Shown one piece after another: positions 1-10,276 of a stretch of DNA of 64,000 nt. The position numbers were made by a program, and so were the translations under genes. Each line of letters begins with the position of its first letter. Position 1 is the first letter of the stretch. Below the pieces are notes generated by a model, which worked only from the letters and a program-made list of their open reading frames with translations, made no database searches and was not told where the DNA came from. The stretch lies in the NCBI GenBank assembly GCA_964509605.1, contig CAZDXF010000002.1:25514-89513 (forward strand), in the 5' to 3' direction. This stretch comes from an uncultured Candidatus Saccharibacteria bacterium (GTDB taxonomy: Bacteria > Patescibacteriota > Minisyncoccia > Phycocordibacterales > Zambryskibacteraceae).

Positions 1-658
1 TAAAGTTTTGGTTTTTGGAAATCCAAATTGGCGTCCTTCTCTTTTGGGTCTCGCTGGAAATAGCCTGATGGATGAAGTCAGGAGACCGATTTTTTTATGG
101 GGCAGAAACGGAGATTCTCTTCTTAAAGGTTCTTGCAGGTCAGATGGAGAAACTGATATGACAGCTCTTATGGAGGGTGTTAAAGACTCTTTTGTGCGGT
201 TTGGTGGTCATAAAATGGCAGGAGGATTTGAGGTTTTTCACGAACAAATACATTCGCTTGAAAAGAGTCTAAACGATGCATTTGAAAAATTACCAAAAAG
301 AAATGTCTCTGAAGAAATTTTCGTTGAAAGCGAGATGGCTCCCAATGAAGTTGATTGGAATTTGTATTCTCAGATTGAAAAACTCGCTCCTTTTGGTGTT
401 GGCAATGAAAAACCAAAGTTTTTAATACCAGATGCTAAGATTTTGAGCGTAAAGCAGTTTGGAAAAGAAAAAAATCATTTAGAGATTTCTTTGGAATCTT
501 CTGCTAAGCCAATAAAAGCAATTTCCTTTTTTTCAAATCCGCAAACATATGAAAACGTTCCAGAGGAGGGAAAGAGAGTAAATATAATAGGTACTTTAGA
601 GAAATCTAACTTTAGAAATTATCCGGAATTAAGGTTGAGAATAGTTGATATTGTGTAG
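1..658 (+). CDS. recJ: ssDNA-specific exonuclease RecJ, C-terminal fragment (5' end lies outside the window)
   Basis: Translation has a DHHA1-type GGHxMAGG motif and the C-terminal FGxGNEKPxF motif typical of RecJ. The ORF runs from the window edge. Confidence 0.65.
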   Translation, partial: KVLVFGNPNWRPSLLGLAGNSLMDEVRRPIFLWGRNGDSLLKGSCRSDGETDMTALMEGVKDSFVRFGGHKMAGGFEVFHEQIHSLEKSLNDAFEKLPKRNVSEEIFVESEMAPNEVDWNLYSQIEKLAPFGVGNEKPKFLIPDAKILSVKQFGKEKNHLEISLESSAKPIKAISFFSNPQTYENVPEEGKRVNIIGTLEKSNFRNYPELRLRIVDIV

Positions 659-699
659 GGCGAGCTTTTTAGGTTTTAGCTTATAGTATTTTAAATACA

Positions 700-1500
700 A
701 ATTAAATAAAAACCCCTCTGGAAAACACTTATATTCGTAAGCTTGCGAATTGCTATGCTCAGCTACCCGCTTGTGCAATGTTTTCCAGAGAGGTTTTTAT
801 GTTGGAAATGCAAAACGCAATACCAAAAAAGTTTCGGTACAAGCTTTTTGCTGGTTTGGGTAAAAACTTGACATTTATAGTGTTTGGGAGTGTAGTTAAT
901 AGAGAAATGGTGGAATGTCCACCAACGACCCGATGTTTCGGGAGGGTTCTTAACAAGGAGCAATTTGATGACCAAAATCGAAACCTTGCCGGGCGAGCGC
1001 TTGGTAGGACCGCTTGAAGACCTGATTTACAAGGCCCAGAAAGGCGTGGTTGACTTGTTGAACCCCAACCATTGCAAGTTTGCAAGGGCAGGATTTACCC
1101 TCTATCTCCACCCGTGTCAGAGATTTGTGAGGATAAATGGCCTCACTCTGAAGAAGCACCTACGAGAAGCTGGCATCATGGACCGGTCACGCACCCTTGA
1201 GAGCTCGCTCGTCAGGGGTTGGCAAGCCAACCCAGAGACTTATCCAGAGGAATTGAAGGGTATTTTCCCTTTTCTCTGGGGAAGTATTCGGGATCGCGCT
1301 GGATGTTGTCTTGTCCCTTGTCTTGAATGGAGCTGTGACCAAGTGATTGTTCGGTGGGGCTTGGTTCACAATGCTTGGGGTAAAAAATTCCCCGCCCTCC
1401 TCGCAAATTTAGTACCGTGAGGAGTTTACAATCATTATCAAGAAGTTCTGAATTTTCCGCCCTCTCGCACTCACGTGTTGGGGGGGCGGTTTTCCATGTG
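700..1500. ncRNA. Unassigned GC-rich structured region, possibly ncRNA; identity unknown
   Basis: GC is clearly elevated against AT-rich flanks. Only overlapping Trp/Cys-rich ORFs in several frames, none with an RBS. Long hairpin 708-726/781-798 encloses the near-palindrome attcgtaagcttgcgaat. A GC stem plus T-run hairpin sits at ~1455-1495. Confidence 0.2.
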
Positions 1501-1513
1501 CTAAACTTTTCTC

Positions 1514-2266
1514 ATGCAAAATATCACTATTTTTACTGATGGGGCGTCTAGAGGAAATCCGGGTAAAGGGGGATGGGGAGCAATCATTATTTTTTCAAAT
1601 AAAAAAATAATGATTGCGAATAATGAAAAAGGAAAGATGAATGACGAGGTGAGAGAACTAGGAGGGCGAGATGGGAACACTACCAATAACAGAATGGAAC
1701 TCACGGCTGTTATTGAATCTCTGAATTTTGTATCTAAACTGGCTACTGATTACTCTCTACTGATTACTATTTACACCGATTCCTCTTATGTAATGAAAGG
1801 CGCTAAAGAGTGGGTTCACGGTTGGCAGAAAAATAATTGGAAGACAAAGGCGAAGCAGGCAGTTTTGAACCAAGATTTGTGGCAGAAATATTTGAAAGTA
1901 AGTGAAGGGTTAAAAATAGAATGGCACTTGCTCAAAGGGCACTCCGGTATTCCAGCAAATGAGCGCTGTGATGAAATAGCAACAGCTTTTGCCGACGGCA
2001 AAACCCCTAAACTCTATACTACAATTCTGCAGAATTACAGTATAGATTTGTCTGTGCCTCCTACATCTACAACTAAAAGCTCTAAGCTAAAACCTAGGAG
2101 CTCGTCAAAGGCTTATTCTTATGTCAGTTTGGTTAGGGGAGTTGTGAAAACTCATAAAACTTGGGCAGAATGTGAAAATAGAGTCAAAGGTGTTTCTGGC
2201 GCTAAGTTTAAAAAATCTTTTTCTCCAGAAGATGAAAAAGAAATAATAAACTCATGGTCCCGTTAG
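1514..2266 (+). CDS. rnhA: Ribonuclease HI with C-terminal RNA/DNA hybrid-binding (Cauli_VI-like) domain
   Basis: N-terminal TDGASRGNPG...MELTAV...HSG RNase H catalytic motifs. The C-terminal ~50 aa (YSYVSLVRG...TWAECENRVKGVSGAKFKKSF) resemble the hybrid-binding domain. Confidence 0.8.
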   Translation: MQNITIFTDGASRGNPGKGGWGAIIIFSNKKIMIANNEKGKMNDEVRELGGRDGNTTNNRMELTAVIESLNFVSKLATDYSLLITIYTDSSYVMKGAKEWVHGWQKNNWKTKAKQAVLNQDLWQKYLKVSEGLKIEWHLLKGHSGIPANERCDEIATAFADGKTPKLYTTILQNYSIDLSVPPTSTTKSSKLKPRSSSKAYSYVSLVRGVVKTHKTWAECENRVKGVSGAKFKKSFSPEDEKEIINSWSR

Positions 2267-2367
2267 AAACAGCAGAGGGTAAATAGCAGATTGCAAAATG
2301 CTTAAGCAGGAGAACCCAAAAACATTTGAAACGAAAAATAGCACAGACCCTCTTGTTTCTAACGGGA
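2258..2367. repeat. Palindromic intergenic element, family A, copy 1 (arms TCCCGTTAGAAAC / GTTTCTAACGGGA)
   Basis: Inverted arms at 2258-2270 and 2355-2367, extendable to ~20 bp. Begins at the rnhA stop and overlaps the annotated N-terminus of the comEC ORF. Confidence 0.5.
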
Positions 2368-3893
2368 TAAAAGTGAGACAAGTTTCTATAAAAGAAAAGG
2401 TATTTTTTTCTATAATCTTCGGATTTATTTCAGGGGTTTTAATTTCTTCTTTAATAAATTTGCCCGGTATGTTTTTTCTTTTACCACTTTTTCTATCTTT
2501 AGTATTCTTTCTGTATTCATTTTTTATAAAAGAAAAACAAAATATAAGCATTTTTATTGTTCTGTTTGTTTCCTTGCTTTTATTTGGTCTGGGGGTCTTG
2601 AGATATGAAGGAAAAGATTCTTTTTATATTGAAGGCGAACTCCAATCTAGAGTCGGAGAAAGGGTTTTTGTCAGTGGCGTTGTTGACCGAGAACCAGAAC
2701 TAAGAGAATCTTACTCTCAGTCGATTTTAAAAATTTCTCATTTCAATGCCTCGGACGGTTGGGAAGAATCTTCTGGAAAAATTTTGATAAGAGTGGAGCC
2801 GTATCCGGAAATATTTTACGGAGACGAGGTGGAAGTAGAAGGGGTCGTTAAGTTGCCGGAAAAATTTGAAACAGAAAGCGGAAGACTTTTTGATTATGAG
2901 TCGTATCTTTCAAAAGACGATGTTGGACTTATTTTAAACTTTGGGAAAGCGGAAGTGATTTCAAGAGGAAATGGTGGTTTTTTGAAATACAGACTGCTGT
3001 CTTTCAAGAAAAGTTTTGTAGAAAATATAGAGAGATCTTTGCCAGAACCTTTTTCTTCTTTAATGAATGGTATTTTACTTGGAATAAAAAGTTCTTTGGG
3101 TAAAGACTTAGAAGATGATTTGCGAAAAACAGCAATCATACACATTGTTGTGCTTTCCGGATACAACATTACTCTCGTTGCGCAGTTTGTGATGAAGTCC
3201 CTGTTTTTTATTAATAGAAAAAAAGCCCTTATCGCAAGTATTTTAGGAATCGCCCTATTTGCCGTCATGGTCGGGGGAGAACCTTCTGTCGTCAGAGCTT
3301 CTCTTATGGGCATACTCGCCCTATTGGCCAGAGGGACGGGGCGGAGGCATGACATTACTAGAGCTTTGTTGGTTGCAGGTTTTGTTATGATTGCCTGGAA
3401 TCCAAAAGTTTTGCTCTTTGATTTGGGATTTCAGCTTTCCTTTATCGCCACACTGGCTCTAATATGGCTCGCGCCATTTTTTGAGAGAAAATTAAAAACT
3501 TTATCGGAAAAATTTGAATTTCGTTCTATAGTTTCGGCGACAATTTCAACTCAGATTTTTGTTTTGCCCCTTCTTTTGTATCACACTGGTGAAGTTTCTT
3601 TGGTTGGAGTGGTGGTGAATTTGCTCGTTTTACCGATTGTGCCAATTATTATGTTTTCAGGTTTTCTAATGGGGGCTTTTGGTTTTTTGTCCGGATTTAT
3701 AGCATTTCCTTTTTCCGTAATTTCTCACCTCCTTCTTTTCTACACACTTAAAGTGGTTGAATTTTTCGCTTCTCTCCCGATTGCCTCTATCTCTATTTCA
3801 AAATTTTCTTTTTTGTTTACGATTTTTCTATACGCCTTGTTGGCCCTTATTGTTTCTAAGCTTCGGAAGTCAAAAGAAAATCCCAATCTTTAA
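2298..3893 (+). CDS. comEC: ComEC/Rec2 DNA-uptake channel, membrane domain only; true start probably GTG near 2371
   Basis: Many TM helices and the competence-domain motif HIVVLSGYNIT. The first ~25 codons of the ORF lie inside repeat copy 1, so the start is likely downstream. Confidence 0.7.
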   Translation: MLKQENPKTFETKNSTDPLVSNGIKVRQVSIKEKVFFSIIFGFISGVLISSLINLPGMFFLLPLFLSLVFFLYSFFIKEKQNISIFIVLFVSLLLFGLGVLRYEGKDSFYIEGELQSRVGERVFVSGVVDREPELRESYSQSILKISHFNASDGWEESSGKILIRVEPYPEIFYGDEVEVEGVVKLPEKFETESGRLFDYESYLSKDDVGLILNFGKAEVISRGNGGFLKYRLLSFKKSFVENIERSLPEPFSSLMNGILLGIKSSLGKDLEDDLRKTAIIHIVVLSGYNITLVAQFVMKSLFFINRKKALIASILGIALFAVMVGGEPSVVRASLMGILALLARGTGRRHDITRALLVAGFVMIAWNPKVLLFDLGFQLSFIATLALIWLAPFFERKLKTLSEKFEFRSIVSATISTQIFVLPLLLYHTGEVSLVGVVVNLLVLPIVPIIMFSGFLMGAFGFLSGFIAFPFSVISHLLLFYTLKVVEFFASLPIASISISKFSFLFTIFLYALLALIVSKLRKSKENPNL

Positions 3894-3944
3894 CTTTTGG
3901 CGTTTTTGTAATTGCTCTCCACTACTGACCAGTTAAGGTTGGCG

Positions 3945-4016
3945 AAAAAATCTTCCACCCCGAACGAAACAACGCTCCACTGACGTGGAACGGTTTCTTA
4001 CGGGGCGAGAAGTGGT
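3945..4016. repeat. Structured repeat, family B, copy 1 (AAAAAAtcTTCCACCCCGAACGAAAC...ACGGGGCGAGAAGTGG)
   Basis: ~70% identical to 15341-15410, with shared nested hairpins (cccc/gggg outer stem, gaaac/gtttc inner stem). Confidence 0.4.
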
Positions 4017-4628
4017 CTATTTAAGCGCGGTTTTGTAGTTTTGTTCTATGTTAGCCCAATTTACATTGGAAAAAAAATCTTCAACATACTGTTTTTTACC
4101 GCTTGGATTATAGTCTGCAACATACGCATGTTCCCACATATCAAGTCCGAGAATCATTTTTGCACCATTTAGCATGCCTAAGTGTTGTTCGTCCACCCAC
4201 GAATTTAAAAGTCTGTCACTTGCCTTGTCGTACCACAATACCTGCCAACCAATACCTCTGGTGGTAGTTGCTTGAGTTTTAAATTCTTCGAGCCAAAGCT
4301 CAAAAGATCCCCAAATTTCTTCAATTTTTTTCTTGAGCTCTGAATCTTCAGATATGGTTTTATAACCGCCTTTAAAAGAGGAAAAATATATTTCGTGATT
4401 CCTCATTCCGTTGTATTCAAAGCTGAACCTGCGTCCCAACTCTCCCACCACATAAGGAGCGAAGTTGTCACCCTCGGCATATTTTCTGTATTCAGGCATT
4501 TTTTCGATAATAGAATTGGCATTTTTTACATAACCGGAATATAGTTTCAAATGCTCCTCTATGTTTTTTTCAGAAATTCCTTTGAGCTTGGGAATTTCAA
4601 ATTTCTTTTCAACAAATTGTTTTGTCAT
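4017..4628 (-). CDS. sodA: Fe/Mn superoxide dismutase family protein
   Basis: C-terminal DMWEHAYVADY motif and overall SOD architecture. The N-terminal His-ligand region is diverged. Confidence 0.65.
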   Translation of the reverse strand: MTKQFVEKKFEIPKLKGISEKNIEEHLKLYSGYVKNANSIIEKMPEYRKYAEGDNFAPYVVGELGRRFSFEYNGMRNHEIYFSSFKGGYKTISEDSELKKKIEEIWGSFELWLEEFKTQATTTRGIGWQVLWYDKASDRLLNSWVDEQHLGMLNGAKMILGLDMWEHAYVADYNPSGKKQYVEDFFSNVNWANIEQNYKTALK

Positions 4629-4679
4629 AATTAAAGAGGTTTAATTTCTAATAGCTGAATTATATCAGTAGCGCCGAAG

Positions 4680-5537
4680 ATGCTCCAATTTTTAAAGAAA
4701 AATTACAAAATTTTAAGCATAGGACTGCTTTTGTTCTTTAATATAACAATCTGGATTTTTGTTTTTGCTGAGAAGCCAAGAAGTTTTGTCGAAGTTTCGT
4801 TTTTGGATGTTGGGCAAGGCGACTCAATCCTGATAGAGGCAAGGAATGGTAATCAGGTTTTGTTTGATTCGGGGCCAAACAGAAAGGTGTTGTCAGAACT
4901 TTCAAAAGAATTACCTTTTTTTGACAGATCTATAGATATTCTTGTTGCTACTCATCCAGACACTGATCATATTGGCGGTTTCCCAGAGATTGTTAAAAGA
5001 TATAAAACAAGATTGTTCGTTGAGCCAGGGATAGGTTCGGAAACATCTCTTTATAAAGAGCTTAAAAATAGACTCAAGGCGGAGAGGGTCTCGGTTTTAG
5101 AAGCCAAAAAAGGAATGGTTATCGATTTGAAAGATGGAAGCTTTATAGAAGTCTTTTTTCCTGATAGAGATATTTCTGGCCTTGATCCAAACGACGCTTC
5201 TATTATCGCTAGATATGTGTTTGGAGAAGTTTGCTTTCTTTTGACAGGAGATGCTTCGCAGAAAATGGAAGAGTATGTTTTGAGTCTAGAAAAAGAAGAC
5301 CTGAATTGCGATGTGTTAAAGGTTGGACATCACGGATCAAAAACCTCCACTTCACCTGCTTTTGTCTCAGCTGTGTCTCCGAGTGTTGCGATAATTTCTG
5401 CTGGAAAAGATAATAGATATGGTCATCCACACGAAGAAGTTTTGGAAACCTTAGAAAAAGCAGGTATTGAAATATTAAGTACGGCTCAGATGGGTACTAT
5501 AAGAATGAGGACAGATGGAAAGAATCTAAATAAATGA
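4680..5537 (+). CDS. ComEC-type metallo-beta-lactamase domain protein (separate ORF), with N-terminal TM helix
   Basis: Motifs VSFLDVGQGDS, HPDTDHIGG and VGHHGS match the ComEC C-terminal MBL domain. Confidence 0.7.
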   Translation: MLQFLKKNYKILSIGLLLFFNITIWIFVFAEKPRSFVEVSFLDVGQGDSILIEARNGNQVLFDSGPNRKVLSELSKELPFFDRSIDILVATHPDTDHIGGFPEIVKRYKTRLFVEPGIGSETSLYKELKNRLKAERVSVLEAKKGMVIDLKDGSFIEVFFPDRDISGLDPNDASIIARYVFGEVCFLLTGDASQKMEEYVLSLEKEDLNCDVLKVGHHGSKTSTSPAFVSAVSPSVAIISAGKDNRYGHPHEEVLETLEKAGIEILSTAQMGTIRMRTDGKNLNK

Positions 5538-5550
5538 AAACGCCACCAAG

Positions 5551-5862
5551 CTACAAGCGGTGGCGTTCCAGGACAGTCTCTATCTCTTTTCGGATTTTCT
5601 CCGAATCCGATCCGGCGTATGGAGTCACCTTGATTTTGCCATCTTCTAGAGCGACAAATTCAATATCGGCGATCCTTACAAGGTCGGACAGCATCGGCCC
5701 TGCCATTCGGCAACATTTCATGTAAGAGATGACTCCTCCAATGAAAGACTTGCTGTTAACCGATGGGCAGATGTGGGCAACACAACAGAGATAGAAGGGC
5801 GGGCTAAATTCCAGAACGACTCTGGTATTGCTTTCGCCACTGACTTCCGCAAGGACTTCCAA
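5551..5862 (-). CDS. Hypothetical Cys-rich protein
   Basis: ORF only. A convergent hairpin at 5544-5575 could serve as a bidirectional terminator. Confidence 0.3.
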   Translation of the reverse strand: MEVLAEVSGESNTRVVLEFSPPFYLCCVAHICPSVNSKSFIGGVISYMKCCRMAGPMLSDLVRIADIEFVALEDGKIKVTPYAGSDSEKIRKEIETVLERHRL

Positions 5863-5973
5863 TCTTCCTCCTTGAGAGCGACTTTCAATATTTTCTCACA
5901 ATAGATTTTTAATCGAAGTGGACAAAAAATTCCGACACAGAGTCGGAATTTTTTGAAGTAAGTGTTTTATTTT

Positions 5974-6216
5974 TTATATCACCCCAGCTTTTTTCAGTGC
6001 CTTGTATGGGCCTACTTTCTGTATAGTTTTTATGCCTCTTGTGGAAATATTCAGAGTAATTGTCTTCTTGAGTTCTGGAATGTAAATTTTCTTTTTCTGT
6101 ATATTGGCAAATTTTCTGGTTTTTCCGGTAGGGTTAAACTGTGTGGCACGAGTTCTGTTGCTGTAGCCACCTCCTACTTTTGAACTTTTTTTTGTAATAA
6201 CGCAGATTTTTGCCAT
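5974..6216 (-). CDS. rpmB: 50S ribosomal protein L28
   Basis: MAKICVITKK...basic 80-aa protein matching the bL28 N-terminal pattern. Confidence 0.75.
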   Translation of the reverse strand: MAKICVITKKSSKVGGGYSNRTRATQFNPTGKTRKFANIQKKKIYIPELKKTITLNISTRGIKTIQKVGPYKALKKAGVI

Positions 6217-6221
6217 AATTC

Positions 6222-6875
6222 TTGAGCGTCTATGCTATCATTGGTTTTGTAAATAATCAAGAGATGGACTTTGTATTTCAAATTGCAATCCTAATACTTT
6301 CAGTCGTCATTCACGAGGTGTCTCATGGCTATTCAGCGTATTTGTTGGGTGACAGAACGGCTTATTATCAAGGTCGCCTATCAATGAATCCAGTTCGTCA
6401 CTTGGATCCGTTCGGTTCATTTATCGTACCCCTTATTTTTTATAGTTTCGGTGGTTTTATTCTTGGATGGGCCAAACCTGTCCCTTATAATCCTTTTAAC
6501 TTAAAAAATCAGCGATGGGGGGAAGCGATCGTTGCCTTTGCGGGACCTCTTTCAAACATTCTTATCGCTATCATTTTTGGCCTGATGATTCGTTTTCTGT
6601 ATCCTATGGCAATTCTACCAGAGTCTTTTTTCATGATCGCTCAGTTTGTGGTTCTTATAAACATAATATTGGCCATTTTTAATCTGGTACCAGTACCACC
6701 TCTGGATGGTTCTAAAATCCTTTTTTCTGTCCTGCCATACCATATGCAAGAAGTTCGGTATTCTCTTGAAAAGTACTCAATTTTCCTAGTTCTCCTTTTC
6801 GTATTCTTTTTATGGAGGTTTTTGTACCCAGTAATCACATATATTTTTGGGCTATTAACAGGTCTTAATTTCTAG
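6222..6875 (+). CDS. Site-2 protease family (peptidase M50) membrane metalloprotease
   Basis: HEVSHGY HExxH motif inside a TM helix, with multiple further TMs. True start may be M15 (~6264). Confidence 0.7.
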   Translation: MSVYAIIGFVNNQEMDFVFQIAILILSVVIHEVSHGYSAYLLGDRTAYYQGRLSMNPVRHLDPFGSFIVPLIFYSFGGFILGWAKPVPYNPFNLKNQRWGEAIVAFAGPLSNILIAIIFGLMIRFLYPMAILPESFFMIAQFVVLINIILAIFNLVPVPPLDGSKILFSVLPYHMQEVRYSLEKYSIFLVLLFVFFLWRFLYPVITYIFGLLTGLNF

Positions 6876-6957
6876 ACTTTGAATATTTGCTTTTTTTAAA
6901 CTATTGTATTAAAGTTGTTTGCACTTGCTTCCCAAAGCATTTTTTGTTTGAGCCAAT

Positions 6958-7371
6958 ATGGCGAGGATAAATCAGCTTGTAAAAAGGAATAGAAAAAAAT
7001 TGCGCCGAAAGCCCAAGTCGGTCGCTCTTACTCGTGGTTTTAATACTCTTAAAAATAGACCGGTTTTGTTCAATTCTCCTTTCAAAAGGGGTGTTTGCAC
7101 AAAGGTAACCACAAAAACTCCTAAAAAACCAAACTCGGCTATTAGAAAAATTGCCAGAGTTCGTCTTACAAACGGAATGGAGGTTACTGCATATGTTCCG
7201 GGGATGGGACACAATCTTCAAGAACACTCCGTCGTTGTTCTTAAGGGGGGAAGAGTAAAGGATGTTGGTCTAAGATACTCCGTTGTAAGAGGTGTTCTTG
7301 ATGCTGGTGGAGTAGAAAACAGAAAGAAAGGAAGAAGCCAGTATGGTGCTAAAAGACCTAAGAAACAATAA
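6958..7371 (+). CDS. rpsL: 30S ribosomal protein S12
   Basis: Conserved S12 sequence (PKKPNSA...GGRVKD). Confidence 0.9.
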   Translation: MARINQLVKRNRKKLRRKPKSVALTRGFNTLKNRPVLFNSPFKRGVCTKVTTKTPKKPNSAIRKIARVRLTNGMEVTAYVPGMGHNLQEHSVVVLKGGRVKDVGLRYSVVRGVLDAGGVENRKKGRSQYGAKRPKKQ

Positions 7372-7373
7372 AA

Positions 7374-7844
7374 ATGCGAAGAAAAGTTAAAAACAGAAAG
7401 GCAGTTGGACCAGACTCGGTTTACCAATCGGTAAAAGTTGCCAAACTCATAAACTACTGCATGGAGCAAGGCAAGAAAAACACCGCAAGAAGAGTCGTTT
7501 ATTCTTCACTTGATTTAATAAAAGAAAAAGAAAAAGGGGTTGAGCCTTTGGAAGTTTTGGAATCTGCCCTAAGAAACACAAGTCCTACAGTTGAGGTTAG
7601 ATCTAGAAGAGTTGGAGGCGCCAACTATCAGATTCCTAGAGAGGTTCGACCTGAAAGGAGGTTGGCTCTCGGTATGAAGTGGATCATAGAATCTGCTAGA
7701 AATAGAAAAGGAGCTCCTATGCACATAAAACTCGCAGAAGAAATAATCTCTGCTTCAAAGGGGGAGGGTGAGGCCGTTAAGAAAAGAGAAAATACTCACA
7801 AGATGGCAGAGGCCAACAAGGCTTTTGCTCACTTTGCCTGGTAA
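7374..7844 (+). CDS. rpsG: 30S ribosomal protein S7
   Basis: S7 sequence; position after rpsL. Confidence 0.9.
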   Translation: MRRKVKNRKAVGPDSVYQSVKVAKLINYCMEQGKKNTARRVVYSSLDLIKEKEKGVEPLEVLESALRNTSPTVEVRSRRVGGANYQIPREVRPERRLALGMKWIIESARNRKGAPMHIKLAEEIISASKGEGEAVKKRENTHKMAEANKAFAHFAW

Positions 7845-7901
7845 TTGAGTGTTTATCGTTCGCGGTTTTTAGTTTATAGATTTAATTTTTAATATTTAAA
7901 T

Positions 7902-10055
7902 ATGCAAAGAGATTATCCACTAGAGAGAGTTAGAAACTTTGGAATTATTGCCCACATTGACGCGGGTAAGACCACTACATCTGAAAGAGTTTTGTATTAT
8001 ACCGGCTCACAGCACAAAATTGGTGAGGTGCATGAAGGGGAGACGACTACAGACTGGATGGAACAGGAAAGAGAGCGAGGCATTACCATTACCGCGGCGG
8101 CCATCACCTGTTTTTGGGGACCAACATACCTTTCTCACGAGGAAAGAAATAAAAAAGAAAACAAATATCGTTTTAATGTCATTGATACTCCTGGACACAT
8201 TGATTTCACTGTAGAAGTTAAGAGATCTTTGAGAGTTTTGGACGGAGCGGTTGTTGTTTTTGATGGGGTTGCCGGTGTTGAACCACAGTCAGAAACAAAC
8301 TGGAGATATGCAGAAGAGGCTCAAGTTCCTAGAATATGTTTTATAAATAAACTGGACAGAACCGGTGCTTCTTTTGAACGATCTTACAAATCTATTTTAG
8401 ATAGACTTTCTAAGAAAGCGGTAAGAATGCAAATTCCTGTAGGCGAAGAAGACAAGCACGAAGGTGTTATAGATCTTCTCAAAATGAAGATGTACGGATT
8501 TGAAGGAAAGCTTGGAGAGGATGTTATTGAAAAAGAAATTCCGGAAAACCTTAAAGCCGAAGCAGAAAAATATAGAGCAGAGCTTGTTGAGAAGATAGTT
8601 GAACATGATGATGCTCTGATGAATGCATATCTGGAAGGAAAAGAGGCTTCTGTTGAAGATTTGAAAAAGACTTTGAGAAAAGCAGTTATCGCCAATGAGA
8701 TTTTTCCAGTTTTTACCGGTTCAGCTCTAAAAAATAAAGGAGTTCAGCTTGTTTTGGATGCTGTTGTTGATCTTCTTCCATCTCCATTGGACATCCCGCC
8801 GGTTAAAGGCACTGATCCAAGAAATGGGGAAGAGATTGTTCGTCATGCTTCTGATGAAGATCCATTTTCAGCTTTAGCTTTCAAACTTCAAGCAGATCCA
8901 TTTGTTGGCCAACTAACATTCTTTAGAGTTTATTCAGGAACTATTGAATCTGGAAGTTATATTTACAACTCAACTACTGGAGAAAAAGAACGCCTCGGTA
9001 GAATTGTTCGCTTGCAGGCAGATCAGAGAGAAGAAGTAAAAAAAGTTTTTGCTGGAGAAATTGCGGCGGCAGTGGGTCTTAAAAACGCAAAGACTTCGCA
9101 CACATTTTCTGATGAGGAAAATCCGATATTGCTAGATCAAATCAAATTCCCAGAGCCAGTTATAAGCCTAAGAATTGAGCCAAAAACAAAAGCCGATCAG
9201 GAAAAAATGGGTATGGCCTTGAAGAGACTTTCAGATGAAGATCCTACTTTTAGAATAAAATCAGATTCAGAAACTGGAGAGACGGTTATTATGGGTATGG
9301 GAGAGCTACACCTTGAAATTATTGTTGATCGTATGAAAAGAGAATTTGGTGTTGAAGCAAATGTCGGTAAGCCACAAGTTGCTTATAAGGAAACTATTAC
9401 AGGAGAAGCTGAAGTGGAAAATAAATATATAAAGCAGTCTGGTGGAAAGGGTCAGTACGGACACGTAAAGATAAAAATTATGCCTTTGCCTAAATACGAT
9501 CCAGAAGAGAAGGTGCCTAAAAATGCTAAGAGGGAAGCCGGTTTTGAGTTTATAGATTCAATTAAGGGAGGTGTGATTCCTCAGGAATTTATTCCAGCAG
9601 TTGAGAAGGGAATAAGAGAAGGAATGGAAAGGGGTGTTGTGGCTGGATACAAAATGACAGATATTTCCGCAGAGCTTTTGTTCGGTTCTTACCATGATGT
9701 GGACTCTTCAGAAATTGCGTACAAGATCGCAGCGTCTCAAGCTTTTCAAGAAGCTGCGAGAAAAGCCGGTCCTGTAATACTTGAGCCGATTATGAAAGTT
9801 GAAGTTGTGGTACCAGAAAAATTTATGGGTGATGTTACTGGAAATCTATCTTCAAAGAGAGGCCAGGTTGAAGGTATGGAAGAGAGAGGTGAACTTAAGG
9901 TTATAAAAGCATTGGTCCCACTATCTGAAATGTTTGGATATGTTACAAATTTGCGTTCAATGACTGAAGGAAGAGGAAGCTCAACAATGGAATTTGATCA
10001 CTATGCTATTGTTCCTGCTAATGTAGCTCAGACGATTATAGAGAATAGAAAGTAA
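7902..10055 (+). CDS. fusA: Elongation factor G
   Basis: GTPase motifs [18 protein letters not shown]; 717 aa. Confidence 0.95.
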   Translation: MQRDYPLERVRNFGIIAHIDAGKTTTSERVLYYTGSQHKIGEVHEGETTTDWMEQERERGITITAAAITCFWGPTYLSHEERNKKENKYRFNVIDTPGHIDFTVEVKRSLRVLDGAVVVFDGVAGVEPQSETNWRYAEEAQVPRICFINKLDRTGASFERSYKSILDRLSKKAVRMQIPVGEEDKHEGVIDLLKMKMYGFEGKLGEDVIEKEIPENLKAEAEKYRAELVEKIVEHDDALMNAYLEGKEASVEDLKKTLRKAVIANEIFPVFTGSALKNKGVQLVLDAVVDLLPSPLDIPPVKGTDPRNGEEIVRHASDEDPFSALAFKLQADPFVGQLTFFRVYSGTIESGSYIYNSTTGEKERLGRIVRLQADQREEVKKVFAGEIAAAVGLKNAKTSHTFSDEENPILLDQIKFPEPVISLRIEPKTKADQEKMGMALKRLSDEDPTFRIKSDSETGETVIMGMGELHLEIIVDRMKREFGVEANVGKPQVAYKETITGEAEVENKYIKQSGGKGQYGHVKIKIMPLPKYDPEEKVPKNAKREAGFEFIDSIKGGVIPQEFIPAVEKGIREGMERGVVAGYKMTDISAELLFGSYHDVDSSEIAYKIAASQAFQEAARKAGPVILEPIMKVEVVVPEKFMGDVTGNLSSKRGQVEGMEERGELKVIKALVPLSEMFGYVTNLRSMTEGRGSSTMEFDHYAIVPANVAQTIIENRK

Positions 10056-10091
10056 GCAGTAGACAGTGGTCAGTAGTTAGTAGACAGTGAA

Positions 10092-10130
10092 AGGTCGCTA
10101 ACAACCAAAAAACGGCTTTGAACAGCCGTT
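10092..10130 (+). terminator. Rho-independent terminator after fusA
   Basis: caaccaaaaaacggct...agccgttttttggttg stem followed by a T-run. Confidence 0.6.
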
Positions 10131-10276
10131 TTTTGGTTGTTTGGGCTCATTTTGCACCCTCTTTCCAAGCCCTCCCCTTGGAAAGCCTGGATTTGGCTGA
10201 TTAAGGTGAGACATGTTCATAAAAGCCTTGATTTGTTTCAGTTAAGTGTTTATCTTACTAGAAGTAGTTCCCCGCA

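Noticed and set aside
778-1420. ORFs 778-1017 and 965-1420 in the GC-rich segment.
   Set aside because: They overlap other frames, are Trp/Cys-rich, have no RBS and show odd composition. The region is more likely non-coding.
700-1500. RNase P RNA or SRP RNA assignment for the structured region.
   Set aside because: No GGAAAGUCCGGGC / CCCGGCUUA P4 strands (type A), no type-B equivalents, and no SRP domain-IV GGAA motif on either strand.
2298-2370. First ~25 codons of the comEC ORF.
   Set aside because: They lie inside palindromic element copy 1. A GTG at ~2371, after the conserved TAACGGGA arm, is the more likely start.
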